A DNA stretch of 64,000 bases, taken from NCBI GenBank assembly GCA_964016885.1, contig OZ024752.1, positions 12,896,001 to 12,960,000 on the forward strand, given 5' to 3'. This DNA comes from Eledone cirrhosa. Taxonomy: Eukaryota. Shown here piece after piece: positions 14,472 through 27,498 of the stretch; position 1 is the first letter of the stretch, and every line of letters starts with the position of its first letter. A program made the translations under genes and the position numbers. The notes under the pieces are model-generated. The model ran no database searches. It was not told the origin of the DNA and worked only from the letters and a program-made list of their open reading frames with translations.

Positions 14472-15583
14472 CTCAGTATGTAGGATAGGTGTAGGTATAA
14501 ATTCCATCCTCTGCCCCAAATGCAAACTATGAGTATACAAGAGATGTAGTGGGATTTCAGGAGATTTAGTTAAGAATGTAGGCTTTACATGTAGCAGTTG
14601 CACCGGCATAGTAAGCAGCAAACGGCCAGAGGAAACAAGCACTACCAAACTGTAGGAGGGCTCTGTAGAAACAGTAGACAGCTCCTGCTACCTAGGTGAC
14701 TGAATTAGCAGCAGAGGTGGGTGTTTCAAAAGTACAGTAAACAGGGTAAGGATGGGCTGGAAGAAGTTCAGGGAGCTACTGCTACTGCCACTGCTAGCTG
14801 CAAAAGGATTTTCCCTCACAATGAAAGGCAGACTTCATGAGGCATGCATACAAACAGCAATGTTACATGGTAGTGAGACCTGGGCATTGTGTGTAGAAGA
14901 CTTGCGTAGATTAGAAAGAAACGAAGCTTGCATGCTCCGATGGATGTGTAATAGTAATGTACATGAATGGCAAAGCTTATATGAATTGAGAAAGAGACTA
15001 AGCATAAGAGGAATCAAATGCTGTGTGCAGGAGAGGAGGTTGCGTTGGTATGGACATGTGATGCATATGAAAGATGACAGCTGCAAAAAAAGGAGCAGAG
15101 CACTAAAAGTCGATGGAAGCCGTGGAATGGGCAGACCCAAGAAGACCTGGGATGAGGTGATAAAAGCTGACCTTGCCCAATTGCACCTCTCAAAAGCGAT
15201 GATACAGGACCAAGACCTCTGGCTTTACGCAGTAATATAGAAGACCCGACTTCCCATGGATACATGCCTAAGCTGAAGCATATAGACAGTATGCCCCCCC
15301 CCGCCATCCCACTGTAAAGTGGTCGTGTAGGTGTCACGATAAAAAGCACTCAGTCCACACTGAAAAGTGGTCGTGTAGGCGCCACGGTAAAAAAGCACCC
15401 AGCACTCACTGTAAATGAGGTTGGTGTTAGGAAGGACATCCAGCTGTAGAAATCAAGCCAAAATCAGTTCCATATGAACAAGACATAGTCACCTGACCTG
15501 GCATTGCCCACAACAGAACAACCCATCTAACCCATGCTAGCGTGGAAGAATGGACGTAAAACGGTGATGATGATGATGATGAT
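14470..15583 (+). mobile_element. 5'-truncated, decayed RTE-clade LINE
   Basis: GWKKFRELL, LHGSETW, RRLRWYGHV and GRPKKTW motifs with stops and frameshifts; ends GGACGTAAAACGGT(GAT)n. Confidence 0.9.
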
Positions 15584-15748
15584 TATATATAAAAAAACAT
15601 ATATATATATGTATATATTAACATTAATAGTGTCTAAATAGTCATACAGAAATTAACTGTTTGAGCTCTTTTTATACTAGTTTAGAACTCCTAACTTGAG
15701 ATGAAATGTCCAGCTGAATTAATAAGATATAAGAAGACAAGAGTACAT

Positions 15749-15923
15749 TTAACCCTTTAATATTTAGATTACTCTTATATAATTATTTCACATAATATTG
15801 AATCTATGATAACATTTTAAGAACAATACCTTAACTTCAGTAAAAGTGACCGGTTGCGACCGGTACAGAAAGTGGTGAGGGAATTCTGGCCGGATATGCC
15901 CGGTTTAAATGCTAAAGGGTTAA
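15749..15923. mobile_element. TTAA-flanked (piggyBac-like) MITE
   Basis: TTAACCCTTTA...TAAAGGGTTAA termini; same family as 54832, 56889, 57886 and 58560. Confidence 0.75.
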
Positions 15924-16302
15924 GTGATAGACCTAATCAATCATCCAATTTAACACAACTATCTGGTCCTTGTGTATCCTTAGTGAAGTGTATTTTCTTG
16001 CAAGCCTTTGGATCAAAACCCAGACTGAGGATAACACATGAGTTCTCCTCGTTACACAATCAGTTCTGGAGGCCACATGTTCTTATATTAAACTTTAAAT
16101 AGCTTGCTCTATATGACTAAGGCAATAACGGAACATAGACGTTTACCCTTCTAATACCAACCAAAACTACCTCTGGTTCTGCAATAAAACCACCCTTTTT
16201 AAAAGGTTTGTATTTAAATTAAAATCTTCCAATATGATTTTACTGGCTATATAAGACCTTCGCAACCAGCACACACTCCTGCTATTACCACTCATGCTGC
16301 TG

Positions 16303-16339
<37 letters not shown>

Positions 16340-16479
16340 AATTGCTATTGCTGCTGCTGCTACTACTACTACTACTGCTGCTGCAATTATTTCTATGCTT
16401 TGTTTTTGTATTCCATTTCCTCATTTTAGATCTGTTATTTTCATTTATCATATTTTATGTTGTTTTTACTGCTGCTTAG

Positions 16480-18490
16480 TTTCCAACCGTCTATTTATGA
16501 AATCTGTGTGTTACAACAGTCTCTACAGTATATTTATGAAATCTATGTTATCACAGTCTACACAGGCTATTTATGAAGTCTATGTGTTTCTGCAGTCTAT
16601 TTATGAAATGTATGTGTTACCACAGTCTATTTATGAAATATATGTGTTTCTACAGTCTATTTATGAACTCTATGTGCTACCAGTCTGTTTATGAAATATG
16701 TGTGTTACCACAGTCTATTTATCAAATCTAGTGTTACTACAGTTTCCTACTGTCTATCTATGAAATCTATGTGTTATTACAGTCTATACAGTTTATTTAT
16801 CAAATCTATGCCACCACAGTCTATTTATCAAATCTATGTGTTACTACAGCCTATTTATCAAATATATATGTTACCACAGTCTATTTATCAAATCTATGTG
16901 TTACCACAGTCTATTTATCAAATCTATGTTACTACAATCTATTTATCAAATCTATGTGTTATCACAGTCTATTTATCAAATCTATGTTACTACAGTCTAT
17001 TTATCAAATCTATGTGTTATCACAGTCTATTTATCAAATCTATGTGTTACCACAGCCTATTTATCAAATCCATGTGTTATCACAGTCTATTTATCAAATC
17101 TATGTGTTACCACAGTCTATTTATCAAATCTATGTGTTACTACAGTCTATTTATCAAATCTATGTGTTATCACAGTCTATTTATCAAATCTATGTGTTAC
17201 CACAGCCTATTTATCAAATCCATGTGTTATCACAGTCTATTTATCAAATCTATGTGTTATCACAGTCTATTTATCAAATCTATGTGTTATCACAGTCTAT
17301 TTATCAAATCTATGTGTTACCACAGTCTATTTATCAAATCTATGTGTTACCACAGCCTATTTATCAAATCCATGTGTTATCACAGTCTATTTATCAAATC
17401 TATGTGTTATCACAGTCTATTTATCAAATCTATGTGTTACCACAGTCTATTTATCAAATCTATGTGTTACCACAGTCTATTTATCAAATCTATGTGTTAT
17501 CACAGTCTATTTATCAAATCTATGTGTTACCACAGTCTATTTATCAAATCTATGTGTTACCACAGTCTATTTATCAAATCTATGTGTTATCACAGTCTAT
17601 TTATCAAATCTATGTGTTATCACAGTCTATTTATCAAATCTATGTGTTACTACAATCTATTTATCAAATCTATGTGTTATCACAGTCTATTTATCAAATC
17701 TATGTGTTATCACAGTCTATTTATCAAATCCATGTGTTATCACAGTCTATTTATCAAATCTATGTGTTACTACAGTCTATTTATCAAATCCATGTGTTAT
17801 CACAGTCTATTTATCAAATCTATGTTACTACAATCTATTTATCAAATCTATGTGTTATCACAGTCTATTTATCAAATCTATGTGTTATCACAGTCTATTT
17901 ATCAAATATATATGTTATCACAGTCTATTTATCAAATCTATGTGTTACCACAGTCTATTTATCAAATCTATGTGTTACCACAGCCTATTTATCAAATCCA
18001 TGTGTTATCACAGTCTATTTATCAAATCTATGTGTTACCACAGTCTATTTATCAAATCTATGTGTTACTACAGCCTATTTATCAAATCTATGTGTTACCA
18101 CAGTCTATTTATCAAATCTATGTGTTATCACAGTCTATTTATCAAATCTATGTGTTACCACAGTCTATTTATCAAATCTATGTTACTACAATCTATTTAT
18201 CAAATCTATGTGTTATCACAGTCTATTTATCAAATCTATGTTACTACAATCTATTTATCAAATCTATGTGTTATCACAGTCTATTTATCAAATCTATGTG
18301 TTACCACAGTCTATTTATCAAATCTGTGTGTTACCACAGTCTATTTATCACATCTATGTGTTACTACAGTCTATTTATCAAATCTATGTGTTACCACCGT
18401 CTATTTATGAAATCTATGTGTTACTACAGTCTATTTATGAAATCCATGTGTTACCACCGTCTATTTATGAAATCTATTTGTTTCTACAGA
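16480..18490. repeat. 30-bp minisatellite (CACAGTCTATTTATCAAATCTATGTGTTAY), ~65 copies, with occasional 28-bp units
   Basis: Direct reading; 10-aa periodicity with frame switches in the ORF track. Confidence 0.95.
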
Positions 18491-18848
18491 TGTTGCTATT
18501 GATCACTTTACCTGGTCATTTTAAATTGTAATCATAGGCATGTTCCATGAAACCACATTAACAAGCCATTCTTGAAAACTACTAAGCAGCATTAAGACTA
18601 CATCACATTTGAAATTGAAGTCTTTAATTTAATATGGCTCATTTTGCCAAAGGTTTCTTTCTACATACAAAAGGATGGCCGCATGCTGCTTGTGTGCAAA
18701 CATATTTTATAGCATTTGCGTAAAGACTTTAATTTTTATGTGATATAGTCATAGTGCTGTTTCATCCTTTTCAAGAACGTTTTGCTCATGTGGTTTCATG
18801 AGAAACAGGATGTTAAGAGTTAAGAAAGAGAACCATAGAAAATTAATA

Positions 18849-19266
18849 CTTATATAGGCCAGCCATATCAACTGAGATTTCGATTGAACGCCCCTCCCCC
18901 TCCCTCACTTATTAAATTTTCAGAATTTTGACCACCCCATTTAATAAGTTTTGCTAATCTATCCTGGCAAAATTTTATTTTAAGTGATAGCATTCTGGCA
19001 CAGTTAATTTTCTTTATACATTAAAAAACATTATACCTGACAAAAATAACATTACTAGAAATCCCACACATTATAAAATAAATAGGATCGGTTGGGGGTC
19101 TCAATATGTAAAATAAATAACTAATTCTGTTTTTTTTTTTAAATCAACCAGAGACAACCTAGAAAAATTAGCAATTTTCCAACACCCTCACCTCGCTTAT
19201 CCCCCACCCTATTCCAACTCCCCCACTTATTCTAACCCAACCCCTATTTTGGGGGACCTGAGAGTA
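18849..19266. mobile_element. Non-autonomous DNA transposon/MITE, related to 24430-24834
   Basis: Shared internal sequence (AAAATTTTATTTTAA.TG...ATTATAAAATAAATAGGAT.GG) and GGGACCTG.RAGT right end. Confidence 0.55.
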
Positions 19267-19714
19267 CTTACAGCTATATAGATATGATATTCCTCTAATG
19301 CAGACATAGAAAAATTAAATAATGAATTTACTTTTTTGCTTGATATATAATGAAAATTAACCCTTTACCATTTACATTTCTCTATATATACTATAGTATT
19401 TTTGTGGTAAAGGCTTTATCTTACACAATTATCTCACATAATATAGAATCTACAAGATTTTGATATTATATATTTGGGGAGCTATACGTTAACAACAGTG
19501 TGAGTGACCAGTTATTGCCAGTTTGAACAGAAAGAGATGAGAGAATTCTGACCAGATATGGCCGATTTAAATTTAAAGGAATGCATGACAAGGAAATATA
19601 GATTGAGATCGGGGATGAAAAGAATTATAAAAACTAAGTACAATAATGAAAATTCTACAATTCCATTCCTTTAGAATCACTTTTCTTTGTTCTTTAATTG
19701 AATTTCACTTCCAG

Positions 19715-19870
19715 ATATGGCAATGTTAGAATGGTGTCCTATAATCTGACAGATCTTCGTGAAAGACGACTTGCTACCCAACGAGAAATGATACATCAGC
19801 TTAAGAACTCCCCCAATCCAAGAGCAAGTGATATCAATAGTAATAACAAAGCTACATTTCCCTATAATAG
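19715..19870 (+). CDS. Probable internal coding exon of an unidentified host gene (YGNVRMVSYNLTDLRERRLATQREMIHQLKNSPNPRASDINSNNKATFPYN)
   Basis: Pyrimidine tract and CCAG acceptor, 156 nt open, AG|GTGATT donor. Phase 2 matches the exon at 24128. Confidence 0.65.
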
Positions 19871-20417
19871 GTGATTCAATTCTCAGCATAGATATTTTTC
19901 TTTCTCTTTTTCAACTTTGCTCTCTTTTATCTCTCTACTTTCTCTTCGGCTGTGGGAACTGCTTCTTTAAAATATTTGAAGTATTCAAACCTCTTTTATC
20001 AAAATGCATGAAATTTCTGGGTTTTACCTGATTTTCTATCTTATAACATCAACACAAATGTTTCAATTCAAATTCTATTGTTATTTCATTGGCTTGGTAC
20101 ATAACACTGACCTATAACATCGATACACAGATCTTTCAATTTAACCTATTGACTGCCGTGTATATTTTACACAGCTACAGTTGTTCTGCGAGTCTTTTTT
20201 TTCTTTCAGTAAAATGACTATATTTTTAAACAAACATTTATTAACAACAAATATCTGAATGATTGACAAATGTTACTTTAATAAACTAGTAACCCCATGT
20301 AGCTTTGAAGTTATGAACTGTTGGAAACAAATTCAAACATGTTAGGACGAGTTATCTGTCTACAGCACTGAAGAGGTTACATTCTGTTGTTATTTCATTG
20401 GCTTGGTACATAATACT

Positions 20418-21115
20418 CATCATCATCATCATCATCATCGTTTAATGTCCATTTTTCCTTGCTGGCATGGGTTAGACGAGCTATTCTCTTGTGAGTAATG
20501 CCAGGTCCAGTGACCATGTCATGCTCATATGGGAACCGATTTTGGCTTGGTTTCTACAGCTGGATACCCTTCCTAGCACCAACCTCATTTACAGTAAGTA
20601 CTGGGTGCTTTATGTCGTAACACCTACATGACCACTTTACAGCGTGGACTGGGTGCTTCTTGTCGTGACACCTACACAACCACTTTACAGTATGGACTGG
20701 GTGCTTTATGTCGTGACACCTACATGACCATTTTGCTGTGTGGACTGGGTGCTTTTTGTCATGACACCTACATGACCACTTTACAGTGTGTACTGGGTAA
20801 TTTTTGTTGTGACACCTACATGACCACTTTGCTGTGTGCACTGGGTGCTTTTTATCATGACACCTATATGACCACTTTACTGTGTGTACTGGGTAATTTT
20901 TGTCATAACACCTACAAGACCACTTTACAGTGTGGACTGGGTCCTTTATGTTGTGACACCTACATGACCACTTTACTGTGTGCACTGGGTGCTTTTTGTC
21001 ATGAAACCTACATGACCACTTTACTGTGTGGACTGGGTGCTTTTTGTCGTGACAACTACACGACCACTTTACAGTGTGGACTGGGTGCTTTTTGTCGTGA
21101 CACCTGCACAACCAC
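20418..21115 (-). mobile_element. RTE 3'-UTR remnant with an internal 48-bp unit amplified ~11 times (20580-21115)
   Basis: (CAT)n tail at 20418; 16-aa periodicity; the unit matches the RTE UTR at 15310-15420. Confidence 0.8.
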
Positions 21116-21319
21116 TATAAATCACTTTCAGCATTGTCCATGTTGACCAGGGCCTAGTAACCATTATATTTGTCATAAACATATTTAATCTGTTACTATA
21201 ACGTTTTTTTTTTCCCTATAATTTTGCTTTGTATTTCCTTTCCATTAAAAACTCATTTCAGTTTTGTAACTTGAGTTTATCATGTCATGGGGCCATCTAT
21301 ATTTTTATTTGTTGGCAAT

Positions 21320-21645
21320 GACTGACTGGCACTCTGTCGGTTACGACAATGCAAGTTCCAATTGATTTGATCAACGGAACAGCAGCTCATGAAATTAACG
21401 TGCAAGTGGCTGAGCATTCTGCAGACATGCATACCCTTATTGCAGTTCTCAGGGACATTCAGTGTGACACAGAATTTGACAAGGCTGGCCCTTTGAATTA
21501 CAGGTACAACTCACTTTTGCCAGCTGAGTGGACTGGAGCTACGTGAAATAAAGTGTCTTACTCAAGGACACAATGTGCTGCCAGGAATCGAGCCTACAAC
21601 CTTATGATTGTGAGCTGAATACCCTAACCACAAAGCCATGCCCCT
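21320..21645 (-). mobile_element. tRNA/CORE-type SINE
   Basis: Reverse-complement CORE motif (GAAATAAAGTGTCTTACTCAAGGACAC) and tRNA-like head. Confidence 0.7.
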
Positions 21646-21651
21646 TCACTA

Positions 21652-21835
21652 GTGATGATAATGATCATCATCACCATCATCACTATCACAACCACCACTA
21701 CCATCATCATCATCATCATCATCATCATCACCACCACCACCACCACCATAATCACCATCACCATTATCACCACCATCTCCATCATCACCATCACTATCAT
21801 CATCATCACCATCACCATCATCATCATCATCATCT
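21652..21835. repeat. (CAT/CAC)n microsatellite
   Basis: Direct reading. Confidence 0.95.
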
Positions 21836-22040
21836 AACATCTATTTCCCATGCTAGCATGTATAGGTTGTATAAAATGGTTGACCATTTTGGATTTTGTA
21901 GCTTTCCTTCTCAAATGTGTTAACTTTAACTCTCCACTTAAGACAGATATTTAACATTTATACATTTGTATTATATTTATACATTGATTCAAGCTATTCC
22001 TACATCATAAATAGAAGAAAAAAAACCATCCAAACGCATT

Positions 22041-22365
22041 AATGTCAAATTTGAACCCAGTAAAACCTTTCAGAGTACATCCAGTAAATTTTAGATAGGT
22101 TTATAAAAATGTCAAATTTGAACCCAGTAAAACCTTTCAGAGTACATCCAGTAAATTTTAGATAGGTTTATAAAAATGTCAAATTTGAACCCAGTAAAAC
22201 CTTTCAGAGTACATCCAGTAAATTTTAGATAGGTTTATAAAAATGTCAAATTTGAACCCAGTAAAACCTTTCAGAGTACATCCAGTAAATTTTAGATAGG
22301 TTTATAAAAATGTCAAATTTGATCCCAGTAAAACCTTTCAGAGTACATCCAGTAAATTTTAGATA
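22041..22365. repeat. 67-bp tandem repeat, ~5 copies
   Basis: AATGTCAAATTTG recurs at 22041, 22108, 22175 and onward. Confidence 0.92.
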
Positions 22366-22390
22366 AATGTATTCGTGGGTTTTATGTCAA

Positions 22391-22552
22391 ATAATAATTG
22401 TTTCTACTTTTGGCACAAGGCCAGCAATTACCCAGTGTATTACTGGTACTTTATTTTATCGACCCCGTAAGGATGAAAAGCAAAGCTAACTTGGCGGGAT
22501 TTGAACTCAGAATGGCAAGGACCATAACTCTATGTGTTAAAGCATGGCGTCT
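22391..22552 (-). mobile_element. Meta/MESC-type SINE
   Basis: Reverse complement of the family seen at 22832. Confidence 0.85.
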
Positions 22553-22555
22553 TTT

Positions 22556-22825
22556 ATAATAATATTCAATTCGTTTGCAAGCAAACAGCCTCATTACGCT
22601 ATGTTTTTTAGATGACCATTGCCATCATTTTGATCCGACGGTGACATAGAAACAATTGACAATATTGTTTCTGGGTTATTGCCCTTTGTCAAAATTGTAT
22701 ATCTCTTTTCAGTCACTGACTAGAACTTTTCAGAATATATAGCATTCTCTAAAAATGGTGATGATCACCTAAAAAATATAGCGTAATGAGGCTGTTTGCT
22801 TGCAAACGAATTGAATATTATTATT
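22556..22825. mobile_element. MITE with ~70-bp terminal inverted repeats
   Basis: AATATTCAATTCGTTTGCAAGCAAACAGCCTCATTACGCTAT... at the left end and its reverse complement at the right; TAA/TTA context. Confidence 0.75.
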
Positions 22826-22831
22826 ATTTGA

Positions 22832-23224
22832 TGGCAGTGGATTGGCAGTATCGGTAGAGGATCAGACGCCATGCTTTGATACATTGAGTTATGGTCCTTG
22901 CCATTCTGAGTTCAAATCCCGCCACGGTTAACTTTGCCTTTCATCCTTACGGGGTCGATAAAATAAAGTACCAGTAATACACTGGGTAATTGCTGGCCTT
23001 GTACCAAAAGTAGAAACAATTATTATTTGATGGTTTGGCAGAATCGGTAGAGGGTCGGATGCCACGCTTTGCAGCATAGAGTTACACCCCTTTACGGTTT
23101 GAGTTTAAGTCCCACCGAGGTTAACTTTGCTTTTTATTCTTACTGGGTCGATAAAATAAAGTACCAATAATGTAATGGGATAATTGCTGGCCTTGTGCCA
23201 AAAGTAGAAACAATTATTATTATT
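22832..23224 (+). mobile_element. Two tandem Meta/MESC-type SINEs (22832-23027 and 23030-23224)
   Basis: A box TGGCAG.ATCGG, B box GAGTT(C/T)AA.TCC, central domain and tail in each. Confidence 0.85.
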
Positions 23225-23294
23225 TGATATAAAACTCAAATACATTTATGTATCCACTATGCGAGAGCAAAAAAACAAATTCTAATTTTGTTTC

Positions 23295-23520
23295 TAAATT
23301 TTAGACAAGTTTATTTAATCCCTCCAATAGCTCTCAGAATATATCCAGTAAATTTTAGACAAGTTTATTTAATCCCTCCAATAGTTCTCAGAATATATCC
23401 AGTAAATTTTAGACAAGTTTATTTAATCCCTCCAATAGCTCTCAGAATATATCCAGTAAATTTTAGACAAGTTTATTTAATCCCTCCAATAGTTCTCAGA
23501 ATATATCCAGTAAATTTTAC
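23295..23520. repeat. 54-bp tandem repeat, ~4 copies
   Basis: 18-aa periodicity NFRQVYLIPPI(A/V)LRIYPV. Confidence 0.9.
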
Positions 23521-23546
23521 AAAATATTGAATTTGATCATTCTAAA

Positions 23547-23815
23547 GTGGAGGTGCATGCTCTAGTGGTAAGGGTGTTGGGGTTACAATCATAATGTTGT
23601 GGGTTCTATTCCTGAGCTGGATTACATGTTGTTTTTTAGCCAAACACTTGATTTCACGTTGCTTCAGTATACTTAGCTGAAAATATGTACTGGGTTTAAC
23701 TCTGCGATGGACTGGTGTCCTGTGCAGGGGGAAGTCTTGTACTCTCGGTCACTTCATACCATGGAACTGGGATAAGCACCGGCCTAACGTGCCTTAAGAT
23801 AGACTTTAGACCATT
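23547..23815 (+). mobile_element. tRNA/CORE-type SINE
   Basis: tRNA-like head and CORE-like centre; related to 30160 and 61935. Confidence 0.65.
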
Positions 23816-23889
23816 CTAAAACCTCTCAAAATACACACAGCAAGTTTTAGAGAAGTTTACAGAACAGTCAAATACATTATTTTCATAAA

Positions 23890-24080
23890 GGGCGGTGAAT
23901 TGGTAGTATCGGTAGAGAGTTGGATGCCATGCTTTCTAGCATAGTTACGTCCCTTTACGGTTTGAGTTCAAATCCCGTCGAGTTTAACTTGGCCTTTCAT
24001 CCTTATGGGGTCGATAAAATAAAGTACCAGTAATGTACTGGGTAATTGCTGGCCTTGTGCCAAAAGTAGAAACAATTATT
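23890..24080 (+). mobile_element. Meta/MESC-type SINE
   Basis: Full A/B boxes and tail. Confidence 0.85.
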
Positions 24081-24127
24081 TTTATAACTAGATTAATCTA
24101 TTTCCTGATTTCTTCTCTCTGTTTCAG

Positions 24128-24365
24128 TGACATAATAATCCTTCCTGCCAAAAAGATCAGCAGCCCAACAAAATCTACCGGAGACTATTCTTCAAGAATC
24201 TATAATAGCCAAACTACTTCTCCAACAAATAATGGATATTATTCTTCAAATATAAGACCAAAGCCAATAGAAAATGAAAGAGCTGTTCAAAAAATTCACT
24301 TGGCCAATTATCAGGCAAATAACCACAAGATTATGGTCGATTCAGATGAAGAAGATATGCGATAA
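24128..24365 (+). CDS. Probable terminal coding exon of the same host gene (DIIILPAKKISSPTKSTGDYSSRIY...IMVDSDEEDMR*)
   Basis: Strong acceptor TTTCTTCTCTCTGTTTCAG, non-repetitive open frame to TAA at 24363-24365, phase-compatible with 19715-19870. Confidence 0.65.
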
Positions 24366-24429
24366 ATGATATCCTTATGTACATTGTGGTGTAAATTTAT
24401 CAACATTTCATGTGCCATATTATGTTATG

Positions 24430-24834
24430 TACACTTGGGTCTTGAATAATCACCCCCCTCCCACTGCTTATTAATTTTTCAGTTTTTTCCAACCCCACCC
24501 ACTCTTATTCCACCACTCACCTCCCACCCTACTTATTAAATTTTACTAATCTATCACTGGTAAAATTTTATTTTAAATGGTAACATTCCTGTGACAATTA
24601 ATTTTCTTTATAAATTAAAAGACATTATACAAGACAAAAAAATGTACATTACTAGATATCCCATATTATAAAATAAATAGGATGGGTCGGGATCTCAATA
24701 TGTAAACTAAACAACTAATTCTGGTTTTCTTAAAAAATCAAGAGACAACTTTAAAAAATTACTGACTTTCCAACCCCTCCCCCCTTGCTTATCCCAACCC
24801 CCCTCTTATCCCCCTCCTGGGACCTGGAAGTGTG
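24430..24834. mobile_element. Non-autonomous DNA transposon/MITE, related to 18849-19266
   Basis: Imperfect TIRs (TACACTTGGGTC / GACCTGGAAGTGT) and shared internal sequence. Confidence 0.55.
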
Positions 24835-24909
24835 TTATTTCCAAGAACATATGTATTTATTCATTGGAAATGTATGTATACATTTATCAGTTATCAAATA
24901 AGTCTTTCT

Positions 24910-26458
24910 CAAACACAGATACAGAGGCACTCAGTCACATGCATTTACACACACACATGTATACATACACACATACACATGCACACATCCACACACACAC
25001 ACATACAAACATATGTACACACACACACATGCACACACACACATACAAACATATGTACACACACACAAACATACGCACAAACACAAACATACACACAAAC
25101 ACAAATATACACACACAAACACGCACACATATAGAAACACATACACACACATACACACATATGTACACACACACACAAACACACACGCTTCCACACACAA
25201 ACACAAATATACACACACACACACATGTATCACATACACACACATACAGACATGTACACACACACATGTACCACATACACACACAAAAATACTGACATAC
25301 ATGCACACACAGACACACACATCTATACATACATTAATACACACACACACACAGACAGATATATATCTATACATACATGAATACACTCACACACACACAC
25401 AACTATACATACACTCACTCACACAGACACATCTACACGTCTATACGTACACACACAGACACACACATCTATACATACATGAATACTCACACACACACAC
25501 ACACAGACAACTATACATACACTCACTCACACATCTATACATACATGAATACTCACACACACACACACACAGACAACTATACATACACTCACTCACACAT
25601 CTACACGTCTATACATACACACAGACACACACATCTATACATACATGAATACACTCACACACAGACACACAACTATACATACACTCACTCACACAGACAC
25701 ATCTACACGTCTATACGTACACACACAGACACACACATCTATACATACATGAATACACTCACACACACACACACACAACTATACATACACTCACTCACAC
25801 AGACACATCTACACATCTATACATACACACACAGACACACACATCTATACATACATGAATACACTCACACACACACACACACAACTATACATACACTCAC
25901 TCACACAGACACATCTACACATCTATACATACACACACAGACACACACATCTATACATACATGAATACTCACACACACACACACACAGACAACTATACAT
26001 ACACTCACTCACACATCTACACGTCTATACATACACACAGACACACACATCTATACATACATGAATACACTCACACACAGACACACAACTATACATACAC
26101 TCACTCACACAGACACATCTACACGTCTATACGTACACACACAGACACACACATCTATACATACATGAATACTCACACACACACACACACAGACAACTAT
26201 ACATACACTCACTCACACATCTATACATACATGAATACTCACACACACACACACACACACACAGACAACTATACATACACTCACTCACACATCTACATGT
26301 CTATACATACACACAGACACACACATCTATACATACATGAATACACTCACACACAGACACACACACAACTATACATACACTCACTCACACAGACACATCT
26401 ACACATCTATACATACACACAGAGACACACACATCTATACATACATGAATACACTCAT

Positions 26459-26490
<32 letters not shown>
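24910..26490. repeat. (CA)n-derived complex minisatellite with recurring longer modules
   Basis: Modules CATCTATACATACATGAATAC and AACTATACATACACTCACTCAC repeat ~12 times. Confidence 0.9.
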
Positions 26491-26491
<1 letters not shown>

Positions 26492-26492
<1 letters not shown>

Positions 26493-27030
26493 CAGAACAC
26501 ACTCACTGTTTGGTTGGTTTTCACTTCTCTATCTTTTGTATCTCCATAGTTAATTTATTTGACAATCAATGTTTATCATTGATTGACCAACAGTTAAAAA
26601 TACAGATTTAAATATATATATATATAGTCTAACAAAGTTCTTTCATTGCACATCTGCAACATCCTCAGTGGTCCTATTATCATGTTAAAATGATAAATAA
26701 ATAAAATAAAAATGGCGTAAACATTACAATACCAAACAATACAATACAATAGGAGGGAACATGATAATAGGACTACTGATGATGTCGCCGATGTGCAATG
26801 AAAGAACTTTGTTAGACTATATATATATATATATCTGTATTTTTAACCGTTGGTCAATCAATGATAAACATTGATGGCCAAATAAATTAATTATGGAGAT
26901 ATAAAAGATACAGAAGCGGAAACCAACCAAACAGTGAGTGTGTTCTGTTCTTATTACAACAATATGACAAGTATAACAATATTTGTTTCGACACGATTTC
27001 ATATCAAAAACCTTGCAAAACAAATATATG
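26492..27030 (+). mobile_element. Family-B fold-back element (arms ~26492-26686 and ~26758-26947, plus tail), arms diverged
   Basis: Inverted repeat with CTGATGA T GTCGC..GCAAT GAAA GAAC TT at ~26776-26809 and its mirror at ~26635-26668. Confidence 0.75.
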
Positions 27031-27121
27031 ATAATAGTTTTGGCTTTATTATATAGAAGCTATGTAACATGACAGCTGTAGCTTGATAACATCTGTCTTC
27101 CCCATTGGATGACTAAAAAGG

Positions 27122-27360
27122 TCCAGTTATGTAAGCCCTATCTAGGACAGTTATGCAAGCCCTATCTAGGACAGTTATGTAAGCCCTATTAGGACAGTTA
27201 TGTAAGCCCTATCTAGGACAGTTATGTAAGCCCTATCTAGGACAGTTATGTAAGCCCTATCTAGGACAGTTATGTAAGCCCTATTAGGACAGTTATGTAA
27301 GCCCTATTAGGACAGTTATGTAAGCCCTATCTAGGAGAGTTATGTAAGCCCTATCTGGGA
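27122..27360. repeat. 24-bp minisatellite GGACAGTTATGTAAGCCCTATCTA, ~10 copies
   Basis: Direct reading. Confidence 0.93.
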
Positions 27361-27498
27361 GAATACGGGATCTGTGTATGATTTCACGAATTTACAGAGT
27401 GTGGCGGGCTTGTCTCACAGAAGTCTTGGGTGCTATTTAGCGTTCGGTTTAGGGTATTAGCTGAAGATGAGTAGACTAGTTGGAGCAATATATATATA

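Noticed and set aside
16139-16205. Possible additional upstream exon ending AAAAG|GTTTGT
   Set aside because: The phase could fit, but the acceptor lacks a pyrimidine tract; support is too weak.
16691-18531. Three overlapping 500-600-aa ORFs
   Set aside because: They come from a stop-free 30-bp minisatellite open in all three plus frames.
21573-21923. Poly-His or Asp/Gly-rich ORFs
   Set aside because: They are translations of a (CAT/CAC)n microsatellite.
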